Assembly: GCA_021780155.1 (NCBI GenBank)
Contig: JAJXZH010000024.1
Coordinates: 1 to 55,099 of the forward strand
Length of the DNA: 55,099 nucleotides
Direction of reading: 5' to 3'
Source of the DNA: a bacterium
Lineage (GTDB): Bacteria > Patescibacteriota > Minisyncoccia > UBA6257 > JAGOQP01
Shown here: in pieces, positions 47,192 through 55,099 of the stretch
Layout of the letters: each line of letters opens with the position of its first letter
Position numbering within the stretch: position 1 is the stretch's first letter
The notes under the pieces: generated by a model
Database searches by the model: none
What the model was told of the DNA's origin: nothing
What the model saw: only the letters and a program-made list of their open reading frames with translations
Position numbers and translations under genes: made by a program

Positions 47192-48034
47192 ATGGAAGAA
47201 CAAAACATTGTTGAAAACAAAAATAAATTAATGCCGATTGGAGTTTTAATCTCCAATACTTTTAATTTATACGCAAAATTCATCGGGCCGATTTTACTGA
47301 TGGGTTTACTGCCGGTAGTGTTATTTCTCGTGTCGTATCTGTTTAATTTTTCTTGGCTGGCGATGATTTTTGGGATTATTCTTATTTTGTATGCTTGGTT
47401 ATTCTTTCCGTCGGTTATTTTTCTAATTTCATCCGAAAGATTTGAAGGGTCTAATTTGGAGTTTGTTGTCTCGGCTTATAAAAATTCATTAAAATATTTT
47501 TGGAGTTATATTGGATTGATTATTTCAATCACAATTCTTGTTTGGGGAGGATACTTACTTTTTCTAATACCCGGACTTTATATAGGTGTGGCAATGAGTT
47601 TGGCGCCTTACATTTTTTTTATTGAAAAAGAAAAAGTCAGACCGGCTCTAATGAAGTCATGGTTTTACATTAAAGGAAATTGGTGGAAAATATTTTTGAG
47701 ATATCTTTTGTGGGGAGTAGCTATCATTATAATAATATCTGCCATCTCATATTTTGCGAATCTGATATTTTCCGCCAAATCACTGGGGTCATCGTTGGTT
47801 GTTTTTGCTTTTGATTATCTATTAGGGATACCGTTGATGATTGTTTTTGGATTTGAAATGTATAAAGATATCAAAAATTTGAAGGGATCGCCAAACGAAG
47901 AACAACTTGCTCCTTTCAAAAAAAGAGTTTTTTGGTTTAGCGTCATTGGTATTGTTGCGATAATCGGCCTTGTCTTGATGGTGATATCGTTTCCGTCGGA
48001 ATTTATTAACAATCGACCAAATTTTATTTATTAG
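47192..48034 (+). CDS. Hypothetical multi-pass membrane protein
   Basis: Multiple TM helices; LIPGLY and ALMKSW..IKGNWW pattern. Confidence 0.7.
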   Translation: MEEQNIVENKNKLMPIGVLISNTFNLYAKFIGPILLMGLLPVVLFLVSYLFNFSWLAMIFGIILILYAWLFFPSVIFLISSERFEGSNLEFVVSAYKNSLKYFWSYIGLIISITILVWGGYLLFLIPGLYIGVAMSLAPYIFFIEKEKVRPALMKSWFYIKGNWWKIFLRYLLWGVAIIIIISAISYFANLIFSAKSLGSSLVVFAFDYLLGIPLMIVFGFEMYKDIKNLKGSPNEEQLAPFKKRVFWFSVIGIVAIIGLVLMVISFPSEFINNRPNFIY

Positions 48035-48053
48035 CGCAAAAAGATAAATGAAG

Positions 48054-48082
48054 CAAAAACCGCCATCTTAAGGCGGTTTTTG
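48054..48082. terminator. Bidirectional intrinsic terminator
   Basis: CAAAAACCGCC-ATCTTAA-GGCGGTTTTTG. Confidence 0.75.
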
Positions 48083-48092
48083 TTGGTATCTG

Positions 48093-48164
48093 TGCGCCTG
48101 GTAGGGATCGGACCTACGACATCTACTTTATAAGAGTAGCGCTCTACCACTGAGCTACAGGCGC
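48093..48164 (-). tRNA. tRNA-Ile (anticodon TAT/UAU)
   Basis: Reverse complement GCGCCTGTAGCTCAGTGGTAGAGCGCTACTCTTATAAAGTAGATGTCGTAGGTCCGATCCCTACCAGGCGCA; anticodon loop CT-TAT-AA. Confidence 0.9.
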
Positions 48165-48204
48165 GCAATAAAAGTTATTGTATAAAAAAGAACCGAGTTT
48201 TGCA

Positions 48205-48238
48205 AACAAAAGCCGCCATTTTGAGGCGGCTTTTGTTG
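48205..48238 (-). terminator. Intrinsic terminator after ftsH
   Basis: AACAAAAGCCGCC...GGCGGCTTTTGTT. Confidence 0.75.
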
Positions 48239-50101
48239 TTATATTTCAATTTGTTTAATTCCTGATTTTTTTATAATAGCGTCAAACTCTTCTTTCTCTA
48301 TGGTTTCTTTTTCCATAAGCGTTTTTGCGATTTCATCAAGAGTTTTTCTTCTTTGAATAATTATTTTTTTGGCGGCGTCGTATGCCTTTTTGATTATTTT
48401 TTCCACTTCGCGGTCAATTTCCATTGCCGTCTCTTCGGAATAATTTTTTTCGGTTGAGATTTCTTTGCCCAAGAAAATTAATTCTTGTGTTTTTCCAAAA
48501 GTTATTGGTCCGAATTTTTCACCCATTCCATAACGAGTAATCATCTTTCTTGCCATATCGGAAGCAATCTGCAAATCATTGGATGCGCCGGTGCTTAAAT
48601 CTTTAAAGACAATTTCTTCGGTGGAATATCCTCCGAAAGCCACAGCCAAGTCGGCCATAAATTGTTTTCTGGTTTTAAGATGAATATCTTCAATGGGAAG
48701 TTTCAATGTGTATCCGCCGGCTTGTCCACGGGCGATAATCGAAATTTTATGAACCGGGTCGGCATATTTTAAAGAGGCGGAAACCAAGGCATGTCCGGCT
48801 TCATGGTAAGCGGTCGTTTCTTTTTCTCTTTTTGAAAGCGCGCGCGAGCGTCTTTCCGGACCAAGCAAAACTTTTTCTATTGATTGATATAAATCATTTT
48901 GTATTATTTCTTTTTGTCCTTTGCTTGCCGCCATTATAGCGCCTTCATTCATAAGGTTTTCCAAGTCGGCTCCGGAAAATCCCGGAGTGCGAATGGCAAT
49001 TTGTCTCAACTCAACTTCTTTTGCCAACGGTTTGTTTCGTCCGTGAATTTTCAAAATCGCCTCTCGATCGTTGATGTCCGGTAAATCCAAAACAACTCTT
49101 CTATCGAATCTTCCCGGTCTTAAAAGCGCCGGGTCTAAAATGTCGGGTCTATTTGTTGCCGCCAGAACTATAACTTGAGCATCTTTTTCAAATCCGTCCA
49201 TTTCCACTAAAATTTGATTTAATGTCTGCTCTCTTTCGTCGTGTCCTCCGCCGACTCCCGCTCCGCGTTCTCTTCCGATGGCATCAATTTCGTCTATAAA
49301 TAAAATAGAGGGAGCAGCTTTTTTGGCGGTGGAGAAAGCGTCTCTGGTACGCGAAGCGCCAACGCCGACAAACATTTCAACAAATTCCGAAGCGCTGATG
49401 TGAAAGAATGGAACGCCCGCCTCTCCGGCGACAGCTCTTGCCAATAAAGTTTTCCCCGTTCCCGGTTGTCCCAAAAGCAAAACTCCTCGTGGAATCTGAG
49501 CTCCCAGATCCAGATATTTTTTTGGATTTTTCAAAAAATCGACAACCTCTATCAATTCTTGTTTGGCTTCTTTTAATCCGGCGACATCGGCAAAAGTTGC
49601 TCTATCCTTAAACGATGAAAAAAGTTTTATATTTGATTTGCCGAAAGAAAACGCCTGATTGGCTCCGGCTTTGGCTTGTCTGAATGTCCACCAGAAAAAC
49701 ATTCCAATAAGAATCAAAGGAACTAAAGTTGGGATTAAAATTCCCGCCCAATATTTCCACCCCGATTCGTTAACTATTTCCAGAGGAATTTGAGATAAGG
49801 TTTTTGGGTCAACGCCATAATTTTTAAGAGTATCAGATAAACTCGTTTCAACCTCTTTTTGGGTTTCGACATTGCTGTTGTCTTTCAAAACGGCATCAAC
49901 GGTGTTTCCCGAAACGGAAATGCTTTTAATCTGCTGATTATTTATGTAATTAGCCAAATCGTTCAATGTTATCTGTTTTGGCGCTTGCTGACCGGAATAT
50001 ATGGAAGAAAAAAGAGCCAAAATAACAATGAAAGTTAAAATGACCAAGAAAAAGTTTTTTAAAATTCTCCCCGAGATGTTTGTTGTTTTTTTTATTTTCA
50101 T
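48239..50101 (-). CDS. ftsH: ATP-dependent zinc metalloprotease FtsH
   Basis: [31 protein letters not shown]. Confidence 0.98.
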   Translation of the reverse strand: MKIKKTTNISGRILKNFFLVILTFIVILALFSSIYSGQQAPKQITLNDLANYINNQQIKSISVSGNTVDAVLKDNSNVETQKEVETSLSDTLKNYGVDPKTLSQIPLEIVNESGWKYWAGILIPTLVPLILIGMFFWWTFRQAKAGANQAFSFGKSNIKLFSSFKDRATFADVAGLKEAKQELIEVVDFLKNPKKYLDLGAQIPRGVLLLGQPGTGKTLLARAVAGEAGVPFFHISASEFVEMFVGVGASRTRDAFSTAKKAAPSILFIDEIDAIGRERGAGVGGGHDEREQTLNQILVEMDGFEKDAQVIVLAATNRPDILDPALLRPGRFDRRVVLDLPDINDREAILKIHGRNKPLAKEVELRQIAIRTPGFSGADLENLMNEGAIMAASKGQKEIIQNDLYQSIEKVLLGPERRSRALSKREKETTAYHEAGHALVSASLKYADPVHKISIIARGQAGGYTLKLPIEDIHLKTRKQFMADLAVAFGGYSTEEIVFKDLSTGASNDLQIASDMARKMITRYGMGEKFGPITFGKTQELIFLGKEISTEKNYSEETAMEIDREVEKIIKKAYDAAKKIIIQRRKTLDEIAKTLMEKETIEKEEFDAIIKKSGIKQIEI

Positions 50102-50202
50102 ATTTTTATGTTCAATAATTATAAATCATCGGAAGATAAGTTTAAAGCCAAAATCTTTTTCTGTCAAAAAACGCCCCAATTGAGTTGAGGCGTTCTTTTA
50201 TT

Positions 50203-51303
50203 TTATTTTTTCAGTTTCAAAATAATTCTTTTTTCCGTGGGCTTAATGCTGGAAATAATAAAATCGTATTTGTCTCCTATTTTAAGCGTTTCTTTCATTT
50301 TTTCGGCGCTTTCAAATTCGGAAATATGAATCAATCCTTGCAAGTCGTGGTCCAAAGAAATTAAAGCTCCAAAGGGATTGAATTTGGCGACTACTCCTTT
50401 TATTTCCTGATTGGCAGAAAAATATTTTTCGGCCTCGTCCCAAGGATTTGGTTTTAACGCTTTAAATGAAAGAGTCACGCGTCCTTCTTTGATGTCTATT
50501 ATTTTGGCCTTCATCAAATCGTTAACCTTGACCGATTCTTTGGGAGAATCTATCAATTTGTGGTCTATTTCGCTGATATGAACCAATCCTTCGATGGACG
50601 GATCATCGGCAAATTTAACAAACACTCCAAAATCCGCCATTCCAGCCACAATTACGTCAATTGAATCTCCAACGTGATATTTTTCCAAACTCTTTTTAAC
50701 GCCTTCTCCGGTCACTTCTTTTTCCGATAAAATCAATTTTTCGGCTTTGGCATTAAAATCAAGAACTTTAACTTCGAGTTCCATTCCAACGAGTTTTTTC
50801 AATTCCTCCAAGATTTTGGATTTGTCGCTGTCTTCAACGTGAGGATAGTGAGCGGTTGAAAGTTGTGATACCGGGATAAAAGATTTTATTCCGTAAAGGT
50901 CGGTCATTAATCCTCCGCTGTTGGCAGAAATAGCTTTGACTATAATCGTTTCTCCCGATTCTCTGAGTTTTTTAATCTCTTGCCAGTTTTGTTGCCAAAG
51001 GGCTTTAACCAAAGAAACTTCTATAAAGCCGTCGTCGTTTTCGGGTAGGGTAATGGTAACGGAGCATTTTCCTCCAACTTCTATATTCTTGAGAATATCT
51101 TTGGCGTTGAGCATCTCAGATCCGTAAAGAATGCCTGTCCCTCTGCCTTCTATATCAAAAAAAGCGGTTTGATTGTTTTTGCTCAACAAAGCCGCTTCAA
51201 AAACATTCCCTTCTTTTATGGGCAAAGCGAAATCGGGATTGTTTTTTAAAACATTGTTTAGTGGATGATTTTTTTTAGGTTCCTCCACTGTTTGTGTTTT
51301 CAT
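50203..51303 (-). CDS. rpsA: 30S ribosomal protein S1 (four S1 domains)
   Basis: FIPVSQL, FGVFV..EGLVHISEI, FGALI..GLIHISE; start placed at MKTQ. Confidence 0.9.
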   Translation of the reverse strand: MKTQTVEEPKKNHPLNNVLKNNPDFALPIKEGNVFEAALLSKNNQTAFFDIEGRGTGILYGSEMLNAKDILKNIEVGGKCSVTITLPENDDGFIEVSLVKALWQQNWQEIKKLRESGETIIVKAISANSGGLMTDLYGIKSFIPVSQLSTAHYPHVEDSDKSKILEELKKLVGMELEVKVLDFNAKAEKLILSEKEVTGEGVKKSLEKYHVGDSIDVIVAGMADFGVFVKFADDPSIEGLVHISEIDHKLIDSPKESVKVNDLMKAKIIDIKEGRVTLSFKALKPNPWDEAEKYFSANQEIKGVVAKFNPFGALISLDHDLQGLIHISEFESAEKMKETLKIGDKYDFIISSIKPTEKRIILKLKK

Positions 51304-51470
51304 ATTTTTTAAATAAATCAATTTTAAAAGCGGGGCTACCGCTAAAATTGTCTAAAAATACTACCTAAAAAGATGTTGCAAATCAAGCCCGTTGGTGATA
51401 TATTAAGTAGGCGCGGTAATGATTTTTTATTTGATTATTTGCCGCCATTTTTGATTTTATATTAATTTTT

Positions 51471-52094
51471 ATGGTTATTACTTGGAACGGCGAGGGGTGT
51501 TTCAAATTCCAAAATGGGGAGGATTCTCTTTTAACCGATCTACCGGACGTCTCTTCGGGAATTTCAGCCCCCAGATTTAAGACCGATGTTTTGCTTAAAA
51601 CTATCACTCCATGGCCCGGGGATCATTCTGAAAACAATTCCGACAATATTATTATTGGCGCCGGAGAATATGACATTAAGGGAATTAAGATAAAGGGCGC
51701 CGAATTGATTGATGAATCTTCTTCCAAATTTTTTAAAACTGTTTACTCTATTATTTGGGATGAGATTACTATCGGAATTTTGGGGCACATTGCCGGAGAT
51801 TTACCCCCAAACATAATGACCGACTTTGAGGAGCTTGATATTTTAATCGGTCCAGCCGGAGGGGAGCCGTTTGCCTCTCAGGAAAAAATGGCAAAGTTGA
51901 TAAAACAGCTTAACCCCAAAATTTTTATTCCGTCCTTTTATAAAATTCCCGGCCTAAAAAGAAAAACTAAAGACATAAAAGATTTTACCGCCAATTTTAA
52001 TGGAGAAGTAAAAACAAATCAGGATAAATTTGTTTTTAAAAAGAAAGATTTGGCCGACATAAAAAAAACAAATATAGTATGTTTAACGGTTTAA
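51471..52094 (+). CDS. Metallo-beta-lactamase-fold protein with a degenerate metal site
   Basis: ITWNGEGCFK, GAGEYDIKGI, PKIFIP; HxHxDH absent. Confidence 0.75.
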   Translation: MVITWNGEGCFKFQNGEDSLLTDLPDVSSGISAPRFKTDVLLKTITPWPGDHSENNSDNIIIGAGEYDIKGIKIKGAELIDESSSKFFKTVYSIIWDEITIGILGHIAGDLPPNIMTDFEELDILIGPAGGEPFASQEKMAKLIKQLNPKIFIPSFYKIPGLKRKTKDIKDFTANFNGEVKTNQDKFVFKKKDLADIKKTNIVCLTV

Positions 52095-52477
52095 AACGGG
52101 GGCTTGGTAGATTGCGCGAAGAAAGTCCTCAAAAAAAGAAAAAAATTTTTTGGATTTGGACATCGCTGTTGTTTATAATTGTGATAGTGTTATGGATTGT
52201 TTTTGGTGGAGCTTTTGGTTTTAATAATAAGTTTAGTGGTGCCGGTTATTTTGGAGAGTTGCAATCAGTTTGGGGCAATGTCAAAAATGCTTTCGGATCG
52301 TCCACTAAGGAATTTTCGCAAGCCAAAGACCAGATAAATAATTTAATCAATTATGCTATGACAAGTTCGACTGCTTCAACTACCGACAATCAATCGACTA
52401 CAACCTTGACTACAACAACGATAGAGCAACAAACCAACACATCGACATTTCAACAATCAACCACAACCAATCAATGA
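52079..52477 (+). CDS. Hypothetical membrane protein with a Thr-rich tail
   Basis: One TM helix; overlaps both neighbouring genes. Confidence 0.6.
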   Translation: MFNGLKRGLGRLREESPQKKKKIFWIWTSLLFIIVIVLWIVFGGAFGFNNKFSGAGYFGELQSVWGNVKNAFGSSTKEFSQAKDQINNLINYAMTSSTASTTDNQSTTTLTTTTIEQQTNTSTFQQSTTTNQ

Positions 52478-54957
52478 AAAATAAAAACGAAAAAAATAAA
52501 AAAGATAAAGATTTGGAACCAAAAAAAGAACCGGTCAGAGAGGCAAATCTTCAAGTTGTAGAAATTACCCAAGAACTGGAGGTTTCCTATTTGGATTATG
52601 CGATGTCGGTTATCGTTTCGCGTGCTTTGCCGGATGTTCGCGACGGACTAAAGCCCGTTCATCGCAGAATATTGTGGGCAATGTGGGATAGCGGAATAAC
52701 TCATTCGGCAAAATACAGAAAATCTTCAAATGTTGTTGGAGAAGTTTTGGGTAGATACCATCCTCACGGAGATATGGCGGTATATGACGCGATGGTTAGA
52801 ATGGCTCAGGATTTTTCTCTGCGTTATCCAATGATTGACGGACAAGGAAACTGGGGGTCCGTGGACGGAGACAACGCCGCAGCGATGCGTTATACCGAAA
52901 GCCGGCTTTCAAAAATTGCCGAAGAAATGTTGGCCGATATAGAAAAAGAAACGGTTAATTGGTTGCCAAATTACGACAACAGTCGCAAAGAGCCTCAGGT
53001 TTTGCCTTCAAAAATTCCCAATCTTTTAATCAATGGAGTTTCGGGAATAGCGGTCGGAATGACAACGTCTATCCCTCCTCATAATTTAACGGAAGTCGTG
53101 GACGCTACTTTGCATCTGATAAAAAATCCTCAAAGCTCAACTTCCGAATTGATGGAGTTTGTCAAAGGCCCCGATTATCCCACCGGAGGAATTATCTACG
53201 ACAGAAAAAGTATTATTGATACTTACAATACCGGTCAGGGATCTATCACTTGCAGAGCCAAATCGGAAATTACCGAAAGAAAAACCGGTCAGTTTAATAT
53301 CGTCATTTCCGAAATTCCCTACATGGTCAACAAATCGGAACTTATTCAAAAAATAGCTATGCTCGTGGGGGATAAAAAAATCGAAGGCATAAAAGATTTG
53401 CGCGACGAAAGCGACAAAGATGGACTTTCTATTGTTATTGAGTTAAAAAACGATATTTCTCCACAAAAAATATTGAATCAATTATACAAACATACCGATT
53501 TACAAAAAGATTTTCATATGAATCTGATTGCTCTGGTTAATGGCATCCAGCCACAACTGCTTTCTTTAAAGGAAGTTTTGGAGCAATATATTTTACATCG
53601 CAAAGAAATCGTCAAGCGAAGAACCGAATTTGATTTAGCGCGCGCCAAAGAAAGAGCTCATATTTTGGATGGGCTGGTGAAAGCGCTTGACCACATCGAC
53701 GCGGTTATCGCAATTATTAAAAAATCAAAAGACAAAGAGGACGCTCGTAAAAACTTGATTGAAAAATTCAAATTAACCGACCTGCAGACGACTGCTATTT
53801 TGGAAATGAGATTGCAGACACTTGCTTCTCTGGAAAGAAGAAAAATAGATGATGAACTTAAAGAAAAAAGAAGTTTTATAAAAGATTGCGAAGCCGTCCT
53901 ATCTTCTCCAAAGAAAATTTTGGAAGTTATAGAAAAAGAACTTGCCGAAATAAAAGAAAAATATGGAGATGCTCGCAGGACTCAAGTGACACAAAACGGA
54001 TTAACCGAGTTTAATGACGAGGATTTAATCTCTCAAGAAGAAACCATTATCACTCTTTCATCCGGTGGATATATAAAGAGAGTCCCCCCCGAAACATTTA
54101 AAGTTCAAGGAAGAGGAGGTAAGGGAATTATAGGTTCGGAAGTTGGGGAAGAAGATTTTCTTACTCATTTAACCGTCGCTCAAACTCACGATAATATTTT
54201 ATTTTTTACCGACAGCGGAAAAGTTTTTCAAACAAAAGTTTATGAAATTCCCCAAGGGTCAAGAACCGCCAAGGGGAAAATTATCCATAATTTTTTGGAT
54301 ATTCCGCCAACAGAAAATGTTAATACAATTTTAGCTTACGATTCAAAATCAAAAGATATGAAATTTTTGGTTATGGCAACTGCCAACGGAGTGATTAAAA
54401 AAACTCCCATAGAAGATTTTGAAAATGTTAGGCGAAGTGGGATCATCGCGATTAATTTGAAAAAGGGAGACAATTTAAAATGGGTTAAGCCGTCATCGGG
54501 TAGCGATCAAATAATTTTGGTGAGCGCTAATGGCCAAGCCATCAGATTTAAAGAATCTCAATTAAGACCAATGGGACGCTCTGCCGCCGGAGTCGGAGGA
54601 ATTAGATTAAAAAAAGGAGACCTTATGGTTGGCCTTGATATAATAAAGGAAAAAAGTGCCGATAAACTTCTTATCGTTACCGAAAAGGGATTTTCCAAAC
54701 AAACTTCCATAAAAGAATACAAAGTTCAATCTCGCGGAGGGAGTGGAATCAGAACCGCCAACGTGAGCGACAAAACGGGAAAAGTTATTACTTGTAAAAT
54801 AATCAGCCAAGAACAGGAAGTGATAGTTCTTTCGGCAAAGGGCCAAGTTATAAAAACGCCGCTCTCTGATATCAGAATAAGCGCCCGCGCCACTTCCGGA
54901 GTTCGTGTTATGCGATTAAAAGATGGAGATAAGATTGTCGCTATTACTTGTTTGTAA
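52474..54957 (+). CDS. gyrA: DNA gyrase subunit A
   Basis: [24 protein letters not shown], GyrA-box QGRGGKG. Confidence 0.97.
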   Translation: MKNKNEKNKKDKDLEPKKEPVREANLQVVEITQELEVSYLDYAMSVIVSRALPDVRDGLKPVHRRILWAMWDSGITHSAKYRKSSNVVGEVLGRYHPHGDMAVYDAMVRMAQDFSLRYPMIDGQGNWGSVDGDNAAAMRYTESRLSKIAEEMLADIEKETVNWLPNYDNSRKEPQVLPSKIPNLLINGVSGIAVGMTTSIPPHNLTEVVDATLHLIKNPQSSTSELMEFVKGPDYPTGGIIYDRKSIIDTYNTGQGSITCRAKSEITERKTGQFNIVISEIPYMVNKSELIQKIAMLVGDKKIEGIKDLRDESDKDGLSIVIELKNDISPQKILNQLYKHTDLQKDFHMNLIALVNGIQPQLLSLKEVLEQYILHRKEIVKRRTEFDLARAKERAHILDGLVKALDHIDAVIAIIKKSKDKEDARKNLIEKFKLTDLQTTAILEMRLQTLASLERRKIDDELKEKRSFIKDCEAVLSSPKKILEVIEKELAEIKEKYGDARRTQVTQNGLTEFNDEDLISQEETIITLSSGGYIKRVPPETFKVQGRGGKGIIGSEVGEEDFLTHLTVAQTHDNILFFTDSGKVFQTKVYEIPQGSRTAKGKIIHNFLDIPPTENVNTILAYDSKSKDMKFLVMATANGVIKKTPIEDFENVRRSGIIAINLKKGDNLKWVKPSSGSDQIILVSANGQAIRFKESQLRPMGRSAAGVGGIRLKKGDLMVGLDIIKEKSADKLLIVTEKGFSKQTSIKEYKVQSRGGSGIRTANVSDKTGKVITCKIISQEQEVIVLSAKGQVIKTPLSDIRISARATSGVRVMRLKDGDKIVAITCL

Positions 54958-54962
54958 AATAT

Positions 54963-54971
54963 TTATCCACA
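54963..54971 (+). promoter_or_regulatory. Isolated perfect DnaA box
   Basis: TTATCCACA just after the gyrA stop, upstream of a TGnTATAAT element. Confidence 0.35.
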
Positions 54972-55099
54972 ACCTCATTTTTTAATTATGTTATAATTAA
55001 AAAATATAAACTACAAAATAGAGTATAATAAATATAACAAAATATTCTTATGGACGCTCCGTCTAAAATAATAAACAACAAATCTCCATCCTTAAAAAG

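Noticed and set aside
55050-55099. Possible CDS start (MDAPSKIINNKSPSLK...)
   Set aside because: Only 16 codons are visible at the window edge, too little to support a call.
1-55099. Prophage, integrase, transposase, retron or other known defence system
   Set aside because: No recognisable recombinase, transposase, reverse transcriptase, phage structural or cas motifs in the translated ORFs.

Overview
AT-rich bacterial chromosome segment spanning the replication origin region. The gene content suggests a Patescibacteria/CPR (Parcubacteria-like) genome; this is inferred from the short YebC and Jag, dimeric GlyRS, tRNA-Ile(UAU), type IV pilin/PilB and S-layer-like protein, not from a database search. 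Housekeeping genes include dnaA, dnaN, rpmH (missed by the ORF track), rnpA, yidC, jag, polA, recO, glyQS, ruvC, yebC, a class A PBP, lepB, iscS, htrA, clpB, tsaE, ftsH, rpsA and gyrA, plus three tRNAs (Val-UAC, Pro-CGG, Ile-UAU). A likely oriC unwinding element lies between dnaA and dnaN, and three perfect parS sites lie at about 3.55-3.70 kb. The most striking unexplained signal is a 10-11 bp motif, AGTCCGGCAA(G). It clusters around the parS sites, flanks a perfect DnaA box inside yraN, and recurs seven times in two reading frames inside an orphan winged-helix gene 27 kb away, suggesting an undescribed origin/partition-linked DNA-binding system. Other highlights are a GGQ-less ArfB paralog in tandem with arfB, a 1936-aa secreted phospholipase C/thermonuclease/lamin-tail protein, palindromic repeat arrays flanking the S-layer-like gene, tRNA-Pro 3'-end duplications, a stand-alone Clp D2-type ATPase, and a contrast between apparently leaderless housekeeping genes and Shine-Dalgarno-led orphan genes.
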